Assembly: GCA_049967415.1 (NCBI GenBank)
Contig: JBMFSS010000001.1
Location: forward strand, 69,876 to 133,875
Origin: Candidatus Limnocylindrales bacterium
Lineage (GTDB): Bacteria > Chloroflexota > Limnocylindria > Limnocylindrales > CSP1-4
Reading direction: 5' to 3'
DNA: 64,000 bases
The translations under genes and the position numbers were made by a program. A model generated the notes under the pieces. That model worked only from the letters and a program-made list of their open reading frames with translations, was not told where the DNA came from and ran no database searches. Shown one piece after another: positions 41,663-51,264 of the stretch (its first letter is position 1; each line of letters starts with the position of its first letter).

Positions 41663-42133
41663 ATGGCGAACAGGACACTCAGTCCGCTCTTCCAGGACTT
41701 CGTGACGCTCCGAGACGCGATGGACCGACTCTTCGAACAGAGCTTCGTCGATCCGGGGCGTCTCCTTTCCTTCGACGGGTCGCCGCGGTCCATGCCGCTC
41801 GAGGTGTATGAGACGCCCGACTCGGTGGTGGTGAAGGCGCTGGTGCCCGGGGTCACGCCCGAGCAACTGGACGTCACCTACGACCGGGGCACCCTGACAC
41901 TGCGTGCGAAGACCGAGGCACCCTCGGCCCATGACGATTGGACTTGGCACCTGCGCGAGATCGGGTACGGCGAATACAGTCGGGCCATCAACCTGCCCAC
42001 CCCGGTCAAGACTGAGAACGCCCAAACGGACTTCCAGAACGGCGTCTTGACCTTGCGGCTGCCCAAAGTCGAGGAGGCCCTTCCGAAGCAGATCCGCATC
42101 ACGCCGGCCAAGCAGCTGACGAGCAATACATAG
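41663..42133 (+). CDS. Hsp20/alpha-crystallin family small heat shock protein
   Basis: ACD domain (...LEVYETPDSVVVKALVPGVTPEQLDVTYDRGTLTLRAK...GVLTLRLPK). Start set at an ATG with an AAAGGAGG RBS. Confidence 0.85.
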   Translation: MANRTLSPLFQDFVTLRDAMDRLFEQSFVDPGRLLSFDGSPRSMPLEVYETPDSVVVKALVPGVTPEQLDVTYDRGTLTLRAKTEAPSAHDDWTWHLREIGYGEYSRAINLPTPVKTENAQTDFQNGVLTLRLPKVEEALPKQIRITPAKQLTSNT

Positions 42134-42182
42134 ACGCAGCAGGAAGAGCAGGCGCGCAAATTGCCTGCGGAGAGGACCCGGT

Positions 42183-42509
42183 GTGACCGAGCGAGACCCG
42201 GACCGGGAAGCGGTCTACACAATGGCAGTCGCATCGCGGCTCACCCGGATGCATCCTCAGACACTCCGCAAGTATGAGCGGGCGGGCCTCCTGAGACCCG
42301 CCCGCCAAGGAGCTCAGCGCTTGTACTCCGCCGCGGACATCCGGCGACTGCAACGCATTCAGTACCTGGTGGAGACCAGAGGGCTGAATGTGGCTGGGAT
42401 CGGCATGACGCTTGCAATGGCCGATCGCCTCGACGAGATCGACGACCAGTCGAGCCTCGAGGAAGCGAGAGCGGCGATCGCGGACGCGGTGCGGCAGACG
42501 CGCGCATAG
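42183..42509 (+). CDS. hspR: MerR-family heat shock repressor HspR
   Basis: VYTMAVASRLTRMHPQTLRKYERAGLLRPARQGAQRLYSAADIRRLQRIQYL has the MerR HTH typical of HspR. It sits downstream of hsp20 and behind the HAIR-like repeat. Confidence 0.75.
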   Translation: MTERDPDREAVYTMAVASRLTRMHPQTLRKYERAGLLRPARQGAQRLYSAADIRRLQRIQYLVETRGLNVAGIGMTLAMADRLDEIDDQSSLEEARAAIADAVRQTRA

Positions 42510-42681
42510 GACAGCGCGGATAGCAGAGCCGTGCGCCGGGCTGGTCGTCCCTGCGCCCGGGCGGGCCAGCCGATCGCGGTCCAGCCATGGGAGCGGCAAC
42601 GACCGGTCGCGCAACGGAGGCAAGGGGCGCCCGTGCGGCACCTTGGCGCGCCGAGCAGCCGATGATGGGCTGGAGGGACCC

Positions 42682-45081
42682 ATGTCCAACCAGGATCGCT
42701 CTACCGAGACGCTGGTGGTGCCCCGGACCGCTTTCGTGTCCACGTACGTTCCCCGCCACTGCGGGATCGCCACCTTCACCCGCGCCCTCGTGACTGGACT
42801 GCAGCAAGTGGCCGATGGCTCGCCAGGGCTCTCGGTGGTCGCCCTGGAGCGCGCCGGCGAACACCTGCCATACCCACGCGAGGTGACACATCGCCTCACG
42901 GTCGACCTGCCTGTGACCTACCGCGACGCCGGCCGGTGGCTCAAGGCCAGCGGAGCCGATGTGCTCTCGCTGCAGCACGAGTACGGAATCTTCGGTGGAC
43001 CGAGTGGAAGTTACGTGCTCGACCTCCTCGATGCCGCAGGCCTGCCGGTGGTCTCGACGCTGCACACCATCCTGGCCCATCCGACTGCTGAACAGGAGGC
43101 GGTTCTGCGCGAGGTCGTCGCGCGATCTGCACGCCTGGTGACGATGAGCGCTCGCGGCCGCGCGATCCTGACGGAGCGCTACGGCGCCGATCAGCGTCGG
43201 ATCGCGGTCATCCCCCACGGGGTCCCGGACTTCGAGGGGCACGACCGGGACACCGCCAAAGCCGCGCTTGGACTCGCCGGTTCCACGCTCCTCCTCTCGG
43301 CGGGGCTGCTGGGGCCGGGCAAGAACGTGGAACTGGTTCTCGAGGCGTTCGCCCGCATCACCGAAGAGGTCCCCAATGCGCTCTACGCGGTGGTGGGTGC
43401 CACCCACCCGGAGGTCCAGCACCGCGAGGGCGAGCGGTATCGCCAGCAGCTCATGGCGCTTGCGACGACCCTCGGGATCGAGCGGCGCGTCCGGTTCGTG
43501 GACCGCTACCTGAGCGACGCCGAGCTGACCACCTGGTTGACCGCCGCCGACGTCTTCGTCACCCCCTACCGGAATGCCGAGCAGATCACCTCAGGCACCC
43601 TCGCGTATGCCCTGGCGGCCGGCGCAGCCGTGGTGTCGACACCGTACGAACACGCCAAGGAGCTCCTGCGGGACGGACGGGGCGTGCTGGTCCCCTTCGA
43701 GGACCCTCGCACACTCGCCCATGCCCTGGCACGTCTCCTCAGCGACGAGTACGCACGGGCGGAGCTGCAGGACCGCGGCCGCACGTTTGCTCAGGCCATG
43801 ACCTGGCCGAACGTGGCACGCCAATACGCGCAGCTCTTCGCACAAGCCGCGGCAGAGCCGGTGAGGATGCGGCGGTCGGCGGTCCAACGCTCCCCGGTCG
43901 CCGTCATGAGCCGGGGCCCGCGCCCGCGCCCGTCCGAGCTGCCCCTGGCTCGCGCGCACCTCCAGCGCCTGCGGACACCGCTCGGGATCGTCCAGTTTGC
44001 GCACGGGAAGCTGCCGGACCAGGCGCATGGCTACTGCACCGACGATGTGGCGCGGGCCCTGCTTGTCGACCTTCGGCATGCGCGGCTTGCCCCCGGCGCG
44101 GCCACCTCGGCAGACCTGTATGGGGACCTCACGTTTCTTTGGGATGCCTTCGACGCCGGCCTGGGCCGCTTCCGAAACCAGCGCGGCGCCGACGGACAGT
44201 GGCTCGAGCGGATCGGCTCCGAGGACGCGCACGGCAGAGCCATACAAGCACTCGGAGAGACAATCGCGCGCTGCGAGGACCGCTGGGCCGTACTGGACGC
44301 ACGCGGGCTGTTCGCGGCCGCCCTGCCGGCCAGCCTCGACTTTGCCTGGTCCCGTCCGCGGGCGTACGCCATCCTGGGCTGCTCGGCCGCCCTTGCCGAC
44401 CCGGCCTCGGCCGACCGGGCCCGCACCGCGCTCGAGGCGCTGGTTGCCCGTCTTGGCAGCTCCATCGTACGGGCCCGCACGACAGATCCTGGTTGGCCGT
44501 GGCCCGAGCCCACCTGCACGTATGACAACGGCGTGCTGCCCGAGGCGCTCATCGCGGGCGGCGCGGCCTTGGCCCGTCCCAGGGTCATCGAGTTGGGACT
44601 GCAGCTGCTGGGGTGGCTGGCCTCTGCCGAGACGGCACCCACGGGCCACCTGCGTCCGATCGGGAACCACGGCTGGTGGCCCCGTGGCGGTCGCCCGGCA
44701 GGCTTCGACCAACAACCGATCGAAGCCGCCTCGCTCCTCTTCGCGGCGGCCCGCGCCTGGGAGGTCACCGGCTCCGAGCGGTGGGCCGAGCTGGCAGAGC
44801 GCGCATTCGACTGGTTCCTGGGCGCCAACGACCTGGGCCTGCCGCTGGCCGACCCGGCGAGCGGCGCATGCCACGATGGGCTCGGCGCGGACGGCGTGAA
44901 CGCGAACGCCGGCGCGGAGTCGACGCTGGTCTGGTTGCTGGCTGTCGAGCGTCTGCGCGAGCTGCGTCAGGCTCGCTCGGACGCCCGCCGCCGCTCCGGG
45001 ACCGGGCAGGCCCGAATGTACGCGAGCACCTCTGACAACCGAGCCGTGGCCAAGGCCACCGCAGCGTCGGCCGCGCCGTAG
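42682..45081 (+). CDS. GT4 glycosyltransferase fused to a large C-terminal domain of unknown function (possibly an alpha/alpha-toroid-like glycoside-processing domain)
   Basis: Start at an ATG with a GGAGGG RBS. The N-terminal ~400 aa carry GT-B/GT4 features (...LSLQHEYGIFGG..., EX7E-like region ...VVSTPYEHAKELLRDGRGVLVPFEDP...). The C-terminal ~400 aa (...TCTYDNGVLPEALIAGG...WEVTGSERWAELAERAFDWFLGAN...) show no recognisable motif. Confidence 0.7.
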   Translation: MSNQDRSTETLVVPRTAFVSTYVPRHCGIATFTRALVTGLQQVADGSPGLSVVALERAGEHLPYPREVTHRLTVDLPVTYRDAGRWLKASGADVLSLQHEYGIFGGPSGSYVLDLLDAAGLPVVSTLHTILAHPTAEQEAVLREVVARSARLVTMSARGRAILTERYGADQRRIAVIPHGVPDFEGHDRDTAKAALGLAGSTLLLSAGLLGPGKNVELVLEAFARITEEVPNALYAVVGATHPEVQHREGERYRQQLMALATTLGIERRVRFVDRYLSDAELTTWLTAADVFVTPYRNAEQITSGTLAYALAAGAAVVSTPYEHAKELLRDGRGVLVPFEDPRTLAHALARLLSDEYARAELQDRGRTFAQAMTWPNVARQYAQLFAQAAAEPVRMRRSAVQRSPVAVMSRGPRPRPSELPLARAHLQRLRTPLGIVQFAHGKLPDQAHGYCTDDVARALLVDLRHARLAPGAATSADLYGDLTFLWDAFDAGLGRFRNQRGADGQWLERIGSEDAHGRAIQALGETIARCEDRWAVLDARGLFAAALPASLDFAWSRPRAYAILGCSAALADPASADRARTALEALVARLGSSIVRARTTDPGWPWPEPTCTYDNGVLPEALIAGGAALARPRVIELGLQLLGWLASAETAPTGHLRPIGNHGWWPRGGRPAGFDQQPIEAASLLFAAARAWEVTGSERWAELAERAFDWFLGANDLGLPLADPASGACHDGLGADGVNANAGAESTLVWLLAVERLRELRQARSDARRRSGTGQARMYASTSDNRAVAKATAASAAP

Positions 45082-45941
45082 TACAGCCGTAGCTCATCCC
45101 GATCCCAGTCGGCGATCCATCCCGTCGGGAAGACCACCCCCACGACGTCGCCGATCCGTTCGTAGGGTTCGGCAGGCCCCAGGAGCCACTCGTCGCTGCG
45201 GTGCAGTACGCGGCGGGGATCGTCGAGGTCCAGAAGGGCGAGGCCGGCCCGATACAGAACGCCCCCCACCGTACGACGAGCACCGTGATAGAGGACCAGC
45301 CAGCCATCCGGAGTCTCCAGCGGTGGCGGGCCCAGCCCCACCCGTTCGGCGTCCCACCACCCGCCCTCCCGCGCCGGAAGCAGCAGGGTGTGATCGCCCC
45401 AGTGGCGCAGGTCAGGCGAGTACGAAAGCCAGATGTGCGGCGCCCCCGTGAGCGGGACCGGCCGATGCGCCAGCAGCCAGCGCCCGTCAAAACGGCGGGG
45501 GAAGAGCGCGGCGTCCTTGTCGTCGGGCGGCATCGCCGGGCCCAGCCGGTTGAAGTGGCGGAAATCGCTCGTCACGGCAAGCGAGACCAGCGGGCCCCGC
45601 CGGCTGTAGGCGGTGTAGGCGATCGCCCACTCGCCACGCTCGGGGAGCCAGGTGATCCGCGGGTCCTCGATCCCCCAGAGCTCCTCCGGGTGGTTCTCCG
45701 GGTCGGCCACCAGGGTCGGCACTGGGTCAAACCGCCAATCGGTGCGCCCATCGGCGCTCCGGCAGACCGTCAGGTGGGAGATGCCCCGCAGATCCTCGAC
45801 ACGCAGGAGCAGCAGGGTCTCGCCCTCCACGGCCGCCGCGCCGGGATTGAAGACGGTGTTCGCGGGATACGGCAGGTCGGCGGCGGTGATGATCGGGTTG
45901 CCGGGGAACCGGGTGAACAGCACAGGCTGGCGCATCGGCAC
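44967..45941 (-). CDS. GH130 family glycoside phosphorylase/hydrolase (beta-mannoside-processing-like)
   Basis: 324 aa, ...FNPGAAAVEGETLLLLRVED...LFPRRFDGRWLLAHRPV...; the DUF377/GH130 five-bladed propeller pattern. Its 3' end overlaps the convergent GT4 gene by 115 nt. Confidence 0.75.
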   Translation of the reverse strand: MPMRQPVLFTRFPGNPIITAADLPYPANTVFNPGAAAVEGETLLLLRVEDLRGISHLTVCRSADGRTDWRFDPVPTLVADPENHPEELWGIEDPRITWLPERGEWAIAYTAYSRRGPLVSLAVTSDFRHFNRLGPAMPPDDKDAALFPRRFDGRWLLAHRPVPLTGAPHIWLSYSPDLRHWGDHTLLLPAREGGWWDAERVGLGPPPLETPDGWLVLYHGARRTVGGVLYRAGLALLDLDDPRRVLHRSDEWLLGPAEPYERIGDVVGVVFPTGWIADWDRDELRLYYGAADAAVALATARLSEVLAYIRACPVPERRRASERA

Positions 45942-46014
45942 ACGAGTTTACCCGCAAGTCATGCGCGCCTCGTCCCGGCACCGCCGGGCTACCGAACGCC
46001 CGTCGCCCGCTATC

Positions 46015-46929
46015 ATGCTGCGCATGGACGTGCCCCGGTCATCGCGGGAACTTCCTCTTGCCCCGGAGCCGCGTGCGGAACGCACGGCCCCGCGCGCAGA
46101 CCGGACGCGGCTCGCCGCCACGTTCCGCTCAGCGCGTCATCGGCTGGGGGCGCTCGCCCTCGCGCCGGTGTACCGCCTCTACACGCACCGCCTGCGGAGC
46201 CAGGTGATGGCCCGGCCGCGGCCCAGTCACGTCGCCATCATCATGGACGGTAACCGGCGCTGGGCGCAGCGGGAGGGGCTCCTGGATCCTGCCGCTGGCC
46301 ACCGGCGCGGCGCGGACAAGATCCTCGAGGTGCTGGGCTGGTGCCGCGCGCTCGGAATCAGCGAGGTCACCCTCTGGGCCCTCTCGATCGAGAACCTGGA
46401 TCGATCTCCCGAGGAGCTGGGTGCGCTGCTTGACGTGGTGACCGAGCGGTTGGCCGGTCTGGCCGTGCGCAACAAAGGCAAGCCGGCGCCGATGCGGGTG
46501 CGGGTCATCGGACGTCGCGACGCGCTCCCGGAACGGGTCAGGGCGGCAATTGAGGCCGCGGAGGCAGCAACTGCCAGCAGTCAGGGGCCCCTGACCACCT
46601 TCGCCCTGGCCTACAGCGGCCACGACGAGCTCGTTGACGCATGTCGCGCGGCAGTGCAGGAGCTGGCGGACGGCGGTGTGGCCGCGCATGACCTTCCCGG
46701 CCTGATCGACGCGGAGCGGCTTTCGCGGCATCTTTACACCACGGGATGCCCCGACCCGGACCTGATCATCCGGACCAGCGGCGAGGTCAGGCTCTCCGGG
46801 TTCCTCCCCTGGCAGAGCGCCCACAGCGAGTTCTACTTCTGCGACGCGTACTGGCCCGCGTTCCGCGAGATCGACTTCCTGCGCGCCCTGCGCACCTTCC
46901 AGCTGCGGGCCAGGCGGTTCGGCCGATGA
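46015..46929 (+). CDS. Short-chain Z-isoprenyl diphosphate synthase (UppS family; Rv1086-like Z-farnesyl diphosphate synthase)
   Basis: ...PVYRLYTHRLRSQV..HVAIIMDGNRRWAQREGL...IRTSGEVRLSGFLPWQSAHSEFYFCDAYWPAFREIDFLRALRTFQLRARRFGR closely parallels mycobacterial Rv1086. Start uncertain (ATG 46015, 46024 or 46207). Confidence 0.8.
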   Translation: MLRMDVPRSSRELPLAPEPRAERTAPRADRTRLAATFRSARHRLGALALAPVYRLYTHRLRSQVMARPRPSHVAIIMDGNRRWAQREGLLDPAAGHRRGADKILEVLGWCRALGISEVTLWALSIENLDRSPEELGALLDVVTERLAGLAVRNKGKPAPMRVRVIGRRDALPERVRAAIEAAEAATASSQGPLTTFALAYSGHDELVDACRAAVQELADGGVAAHDLPGLIDAERLSRHLYTTGCPDPDLIIRTSGEVRLSGFLPWQSAHSEFYFCDAYWPAFREIDFLRALRTFQLRARRFGR

Positions 46930-46939
46930 GCCCACACGC

Positions 46940-47815
46940 TTGTCCGACGCCCATCTGGCCCGGGTGGTCGACCGGGGGCGAGCCAAATCGAGGCGGGCTC
47001 GGGGCGGCCAACGGAGATCCGCTGCCGCTGGGCCCTGCGAGCTGCCGACCGTGACCGACAGGCTGCCCATCGCCCCGCTTCCCACCGAGCCCTTCGTGTA
47101 CGACTATCCGGGCGCGCACGACGCGGTCACCTACGAGCTGGAAAACCGGATCGCCGATCCCGATGGCAGGATCGAAGCCCAGATGGATCGCCTGCTTGAC
47201 ATGACCGGGCGGGTGGTGGCCGACGTGGGCGCCGGAGGCGGCTACCACGCCGTCCGCTACGCACGGCGCGCCGCACACGTGTTCGCGGTGGAGCCAGCGC
47301 CGCGGATGCTGATCCAGCTGCATCGCCGGATCGCCGCCGAGCCCGAGTGGGTTGGCTCCCGCATCAGCGTCCTCGCCGCGGGCGCAGCGGCGATCCCGCT
47401 TCCCGACGAGTCGGTGGACCTGCTCCACTCGCGGCTGGCTTACTTCTTCGGGCCCGCAAGTGCCCGGGTGCGCAGCTGCGAACCGGGGATCGCGGAGGCA
47501 CTTCGGGTGGTGCGCCCCGGCGGAGAGATCGTCATCGTCGACAACGACCTTCGGGAGGGAGACTTCGCAGCTTTTCTGCGCGAGTTCGGCTACGCAGCCG
47601 TTGAGCCCGCACTGGCCGACCGGCTCGACGAGTTCTGGGCTGCCCACGGGTTTACGGGCACCACGGTCATGAGCGAGTGGCGCGCCCCTTCGCGCAAGGC
47701 CCTGGGACGCGTGCTGGCGATGGAGTTCGGCGAGCGGGATGCGGCGGCCATCCTGACGCGCATCGACGGCGCCCGCTTCCGATACGGATACCGCCTCTAC
47801 CACCGCCAGCGGTAG
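46940..47815 (+). CDS. Class I SAM-dependent methyltransferase
   Basis: Motif I VADVGAGGGYHAVRYA and post-I acidic residues. TTG start directly after the upstream stop; the N-terminal ~50 aa are low complexity, so the start is uncertain. Confidence 0.65.
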   Translation: MSDAHLARVVDRGRAKSRRARGGQRRSAAAGPCELPTVTDRLPIAPLPTEPFVYDYPGAHDAVTYELENRIADPDGRIEAQMDRLLDMTGRVVADVGAGGGYHAVRYARRAAHVFAVEPAPRMLIQLHRRIAAEPEWVGSRISVLAAGAAAIPLPDESVDLLHSRLAYFFGPASARVRSCEPGIAEALRVVRPGGEIVIVDNDLREGDFAAFLREFGYAAVEPALADRLDEFWAAHGFTGTTVMSEWRAPSRKALGRVLAMEFGERDAAAILTRIDGARFRYGYRLYHRQR

Positions 47816-47868
47816 GCTGGCAGGGCTGCCTCCGCCGGATGCGGCGGCCGGCAACACCGGGGCCCGGC

Positions 47869-48633
47869 CTACTCCAGCGCCCAGTGCAGTTCTCGGCCGT
47901 GCACACGCAGCCAGCGGCGTGCCCAATCGGTCTCCGGGGCCACGGCGCGGACGAGGGCCCAGAAGGCCGGCGGATGCCCGAAGACCGCGAGGTGGGCCAG
48001 TTCGTGCACCACTACGTAGTCGAGCACCGCCGGGGGTGCCAGCACGAGGCGCCAGGAAAACGACAATCGGCCCCTGCGCGAAGCGCTTCCCCAGCGGCTC
48101 CGCTGGTCGCGGATGGAGATGGACGTCGGCGCGACGCCAACCTGGGGGGCACGCGCCACGACCCGGTGCTCCACCGCGGCGCGCGCCTCGCGCCGGAGCC
48201 ACGCCTCCATGACCACCGCCAGGGGCCGGGCATCGCCGGGTGCCAGGTGGACCCGGACCACGGGGTCAGCCGAGTCGTCGTGTTGCACACTGCTCCGCCG
48301 GCCGGCCGGAAGCACGCGCACCTCCAGCCGATGGCGCCTTCCCAAGAGCTCGAGCGTTCCCCCATCCCCCAGCGGACTCCGGGCCAGGCGACGGGCATGC
48401 TCCGCCGCGGCGCGAGCCAGGTGCCGTTCGATCCAGGCCCGGCGCTCGAGCACAAACGCATCGGCAACCTGCACCGGCAGGCGGTGCGGCAGCGTGAGAA
48501 CCGGCATCTCGCCACCGTCCACGACCAGGCGCAACCTGCGGGCCCGAGGCGATCGCCGGAGCCGATACTGGATCCCGCACGCCTCGCGTGTCGCGCCCTC
48601 GGGCTCGGCGGAAGTCAGCCTGTGGGTGGCCAT
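47869..48633 (-). CDS. M48/YgjP-like (DUF45/SprT-like) metal-dependent hydrolase
   Basis: YRLRRSPRARRLRLVVDGGE...WIERHL N-terminal pattern and the HELAHL zinc motif. Confidence 0.75.
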   Translation of the reverse strand: MATHRLTSAEPEGATREACGIQYRLRRSPRARRLRLVVDGGEMPVLTLPHRLPVQVADAFVLERRAWIERHLARAAAEHARRLARSPLGDGGTLELLGRRHRLEVRVLPAGRRSSVQHDDSADPVVRVHLAPGDARPLAVVMEAWLRREARAAVEHRVVARAPQVGVAPTSISIRDQRSRWGSASRRGRLSFSWRLVLAPPAVLDYVVVHELAHLAVFGHPPAFWALVRAVAPETDWARRWLRVHGRELHWALE

Positions 48634-48924
48634 GGCCGGCAGTATGGCACCCGCTCTCCGCCCGCACGGATGTCACGTGCCCACGCTGGAGATCCGGTGT
48701 CCGCCCGCGTGGAGGCGTGCCTGCCGGTTGACCCCGGAGCGGCGGCCGGAGCCGGGTCCGCAGCGCCTGCGTGTCATGCGCCATCTCGAACTCTTAACCG
48801 GCCCATGACCGGATCCGGCGTCTGGGTTCAGGGAGACTTCAGGGGGCCGGAACAACCTCCTGGGACGACGTCCAGGACAACGCCGAAGGACACCGGACCG
48901 CCGGCGCAGTCACGCAGGCACACC

Positions 48925-49422
48925 ATGGAGGTCCCCACCATGACACTGGCCGACTCGTTCCATCAGCCGCACCAACCGCTCCGGAATCCGCCGAAACCCG
49001 CCGGACGGTCTCGCGACGCGTGGCTCGTCCGAGCCAGCTCCGCGGAGCAGGGCGGTCCGCCAAGGCCAGCACGGCAGGCAGCGGCACCGCTCTGGCAGGC
49101 CGGCCGCGCGCCGGACCTGCTGCGGCTGTGTGCCCTGGCGGTGGTCGAGAGCGCGGGGCCGCTGGGCGGCCTCGAGATACTCAACCGACTCGCGCCGGTG
49201 GCACGGAGGCTCGGCGAATTGCCGCCCACCTTCCCCCTCCTCCACGAGCTGGAGGAGGACGGCTGCCTGGCCGCCTCGGCGGACCTGCCCCGCCGATACC
49301 GGATCACGGCCGCGGGAAGGCACGAAGCGCTCCGCTTGGCAGGCACCTGCGGTTCGCTCCTCAGCGAACGACTGGGGCCCGGTGCCCTGCTGGGAACCAT
49401 CCTCTTCCCCTCCCCGGGCTGA
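48925..49422 (+). CDS. PadR-like transcriptional regulator (start uncertain)
   Basis: The in-frame C-terminal part of track ORF 47677..49422 contains ...LLRLCALAVVESAGPLGGLEILNRLAPVARRLGELPPTFPLLHELEEDGCLAASADLPRRYRITAAGRHEAL, a PadR wHTH. Confidence 0.45.
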   Translation: MEVPTMTLADSFHQPHQPLRNPPKPAGRSRDAWLVRASSAEQGGPPRPARQAAAPLWQAGRAPDLLRLCALAVVESAGPLGGLEILNRLAPVARRLGELPPTFPLLHELEEDGCLAASADLPRRYRITAAGRHEALRLAGTCGSLLSERLGPGALLGTILFPSPG

Positions 49423-49721
49423 AGGGCGGACGCCGTGCACGTCCAGGCCCGGTCACGTGGCCACATGCGCGGCCACGTGACCCGCCGTGTGCCCCTGCCG
49501 GCTCCGCTCGGGGCCGCCCCCCGCCCGTCCGGACCCGGCCCGCGCGCTGGTGCGGCCCCTGGTGCGGCCCCTGGTGCGGCCCTCGGGCATGACCTCAGGC
49601 AGCCCAGGCGACCGTGACGGCCGGGGGAACCCCCACGTACGGATGGGCCATTGCCGCTGACCGCCCAGGCTGGCAGGATCGGGAGGCGTCGCATGACGCG
49701 GGCAATTGCCGGGAGTCGGAG

Positions 49722-49865
49722 ATGACCTATTGGACTGATCGCTCGAAGAGCGCAGGGGGCGCCCAGTCCCGCCGCTCGCTCGCCAAGGTGAACCTGCTCC
49801 TCGGACTCGCAGCACTCATCTCAATCCTCGTTCTCATCGCGCAGGGGAGCCACCTCGCCGCCTAG
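49722..49865 (+). CDS. Possible small membrane protein (47 aa)
   Basis: MTYWTDRSKSAGGAQSRRSLAKVNLLLGLAALISILVLIAQGSHLAA. A GGGAG RBS lies 6 nt upstream; one TM helix. Confidence 0.3.
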   Translation: MTYWTDRSKSAGGAQSRRSLAKVNLLLGLAALISILVLIAQGSHLAA

Positions 49866-49987
49866 ACGCTGCGGACGGGCAGCCAGAAGTCCGGGCCCTG
49901 GCAATCGCCGGGGCCCGTTTCTGTGCCCGCCTTCGTGCTCGCCCCCGCTCCGGGTGCCCTTCGCCAACCGCCCTCACGACGGTCCGC

Positions 49988-50752
49988 TCAGGTGTGCGCG
50001 AAGACCAGCCGGAGTTCCAGGATCCCGTGGTTCGCCACCGAGAGCGCGATGAACGACGTGGGCGGGATGATGCCGTAATCGGCGAAGGCGATGGTCAGGG
50101 ACCCAGCGACCTCGACGGTTCGTCCCGCCAGGCGCGCCTGCAGGGGGATCGTCACGGTACGCGTCTGGCCGTGCAGGGTGAGACGGCCGGTGGCGTCGGC
50201 CCGCACCAGCACGCCCGGCGCGGGCAACCCGCCCAGATCAATCGGCCGTGTCAGCAGGAAGGTGGCCGTGGGGTAGAGGGCGGTCTGGAGGCCCCGATGC
50301 ACCAGCTGCGCGTCGCGCAACGGCTCGTTGCTCTTCAGAGTGGCGAGATCGGCCGTGATGGCGCCTGCGATGACCGTGGTCCCGCGCAGGGTGAAGGAGC
50401 CCGTCACGCCCCCCGTCCGCCCCACGGCGGTGTGGGCGCCGATGCCCGCCAACTGCTCCTGCACCCGATAGCCCACAAACGAAGAACTGTTCGCGCCCGA
50501 GGCGGACACGGGTTCGAGCGTCCAGACGCCATCGAGCGCGCCGGGCGAAGTGGTACCGGCCGCCGAGGCCCCTGGCAGTGCGACAAGGTCCACCGGCGGC
50601 GGGCCGGGCGGCCGCAGGAAAAGGTACCAGGCGCCGAGGGCGGCCACGAGCAGCGCCGCGGCGCCTCCGGCCGCGAGCACTCGCCTCGCCCAGCGCGCAC
50701 CGGACCGGGGCAGCGGAGGGGAACCGGACGAACCGGCCGGAGGACGCGTCAT
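49988..50752 (-). CDS. YceI-like periplasmic/lipid-binding protein with N-terminal TM anchor
   Basis: Start at an ATG with a GGGAG RBS. TM segment (VLAAGGAAALLVAALGAWYLF) followed by a YceI beta-barrel region (...DGVWTLEPVSASGANSSSFVGYRVQEQ...FTLRGTT...). Confidence 0.7.
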   Translation of the reverse strand: MTRPPAGSSGSPPLPRSGARWARRVLAAGGAAALLVAALGAWYLFLRPPGPPPVDLVALPGASAAGTTSPGALDGVWTLEPVSASGANSSSFVGYRVQEQLAGIGAHTAVGRTGGVTGSFTLRGTTVIAGAITADLATLKSNEPLRDAQLVHRGLQTALYPTATFLLTRPIDLGGLPAPGVLVRADATGRLTLHGQTRTVTIPLQARLAGRTVEVAGSLTIAFADYGIIPPTSFIALSVANHGILELRLVFAHT

Positions 50753-51018
50753 GTCTGACTCCCGAGCGTGCCGCGGGTGCCCCGCGGTCCAGAGACCCGG
50801 ACCCCTGCCTCCCTGCCGCCCAACCGCCCAACCTGCGGTTTCCGGTGTGAGCGGGTCCCTGCTCGGGACGTGCAGGGCTGCGCGTGTGCCCCCCAGGTGC
50901 GAAAGGCCGCGGAACGCTGGCCTGATGGCAGCCGGCCACGAACCACCTGGCAGGGAGCCCCGGGGCAATGGAGCCGCCCTCCGAACCGGCCCTCATGCTA
51001 CACTGTCGCGGCTCCGAT

Positions 51019-51094
51019 GGGGCTATAGCTCAGCTGGGAGAGCGCCTGCATGGCATGCAGGAGGTCCAGGGTTCGAATCCCTGTAGCTCCACCA
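51019..51094 (+). tRNA. tRNA-Ala (anticodon GGC)
   Basis: GGGGCTATAGCTCAGCTGGGAGAGCGCCTGCATGGCATGCAGG...TAGCTCCACCA, with the G3:U70 pair and an encoded CCA. Lies 170 nt upstream of leuS. Confidence 0.9.
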
Positions 51095-51264
51095 CCTTCA
51101 TCAAGCGCCGACCCACAACCCCTCGCCGGAGCGGCGGGGGGTTCGACATAGCAGGGGCCCGCGCCATCGCGACGCCACGCCGTCCCGGTGGCCGCTCGGG
51201 CCCCTCGAACCGGAGAGCCGCGCTGCGTCCGGCGGCAACACGAGGGCAGGAAGCGGGGATCGCC

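Noticed and set aside
41159-51094. Genomic island bounded by the two tRNA-Ala genes
   Set aside because: The tRNAs have different anticodons (CGC vs GGC). No integrase, no flanking direct repeats, and the content is housekeeping or stress genes rather than mobile cargo.
51095-51264. Possible T-box or leader upstream of leuS after tRNA-Ala
   Set aside because: No T-box consensus (AATTAGGGTGGNACCGCG) or specifier/antiterminator architecture. Only a GC hairpin (about 51127-51149) that more likely terminates the tRNA transcript.
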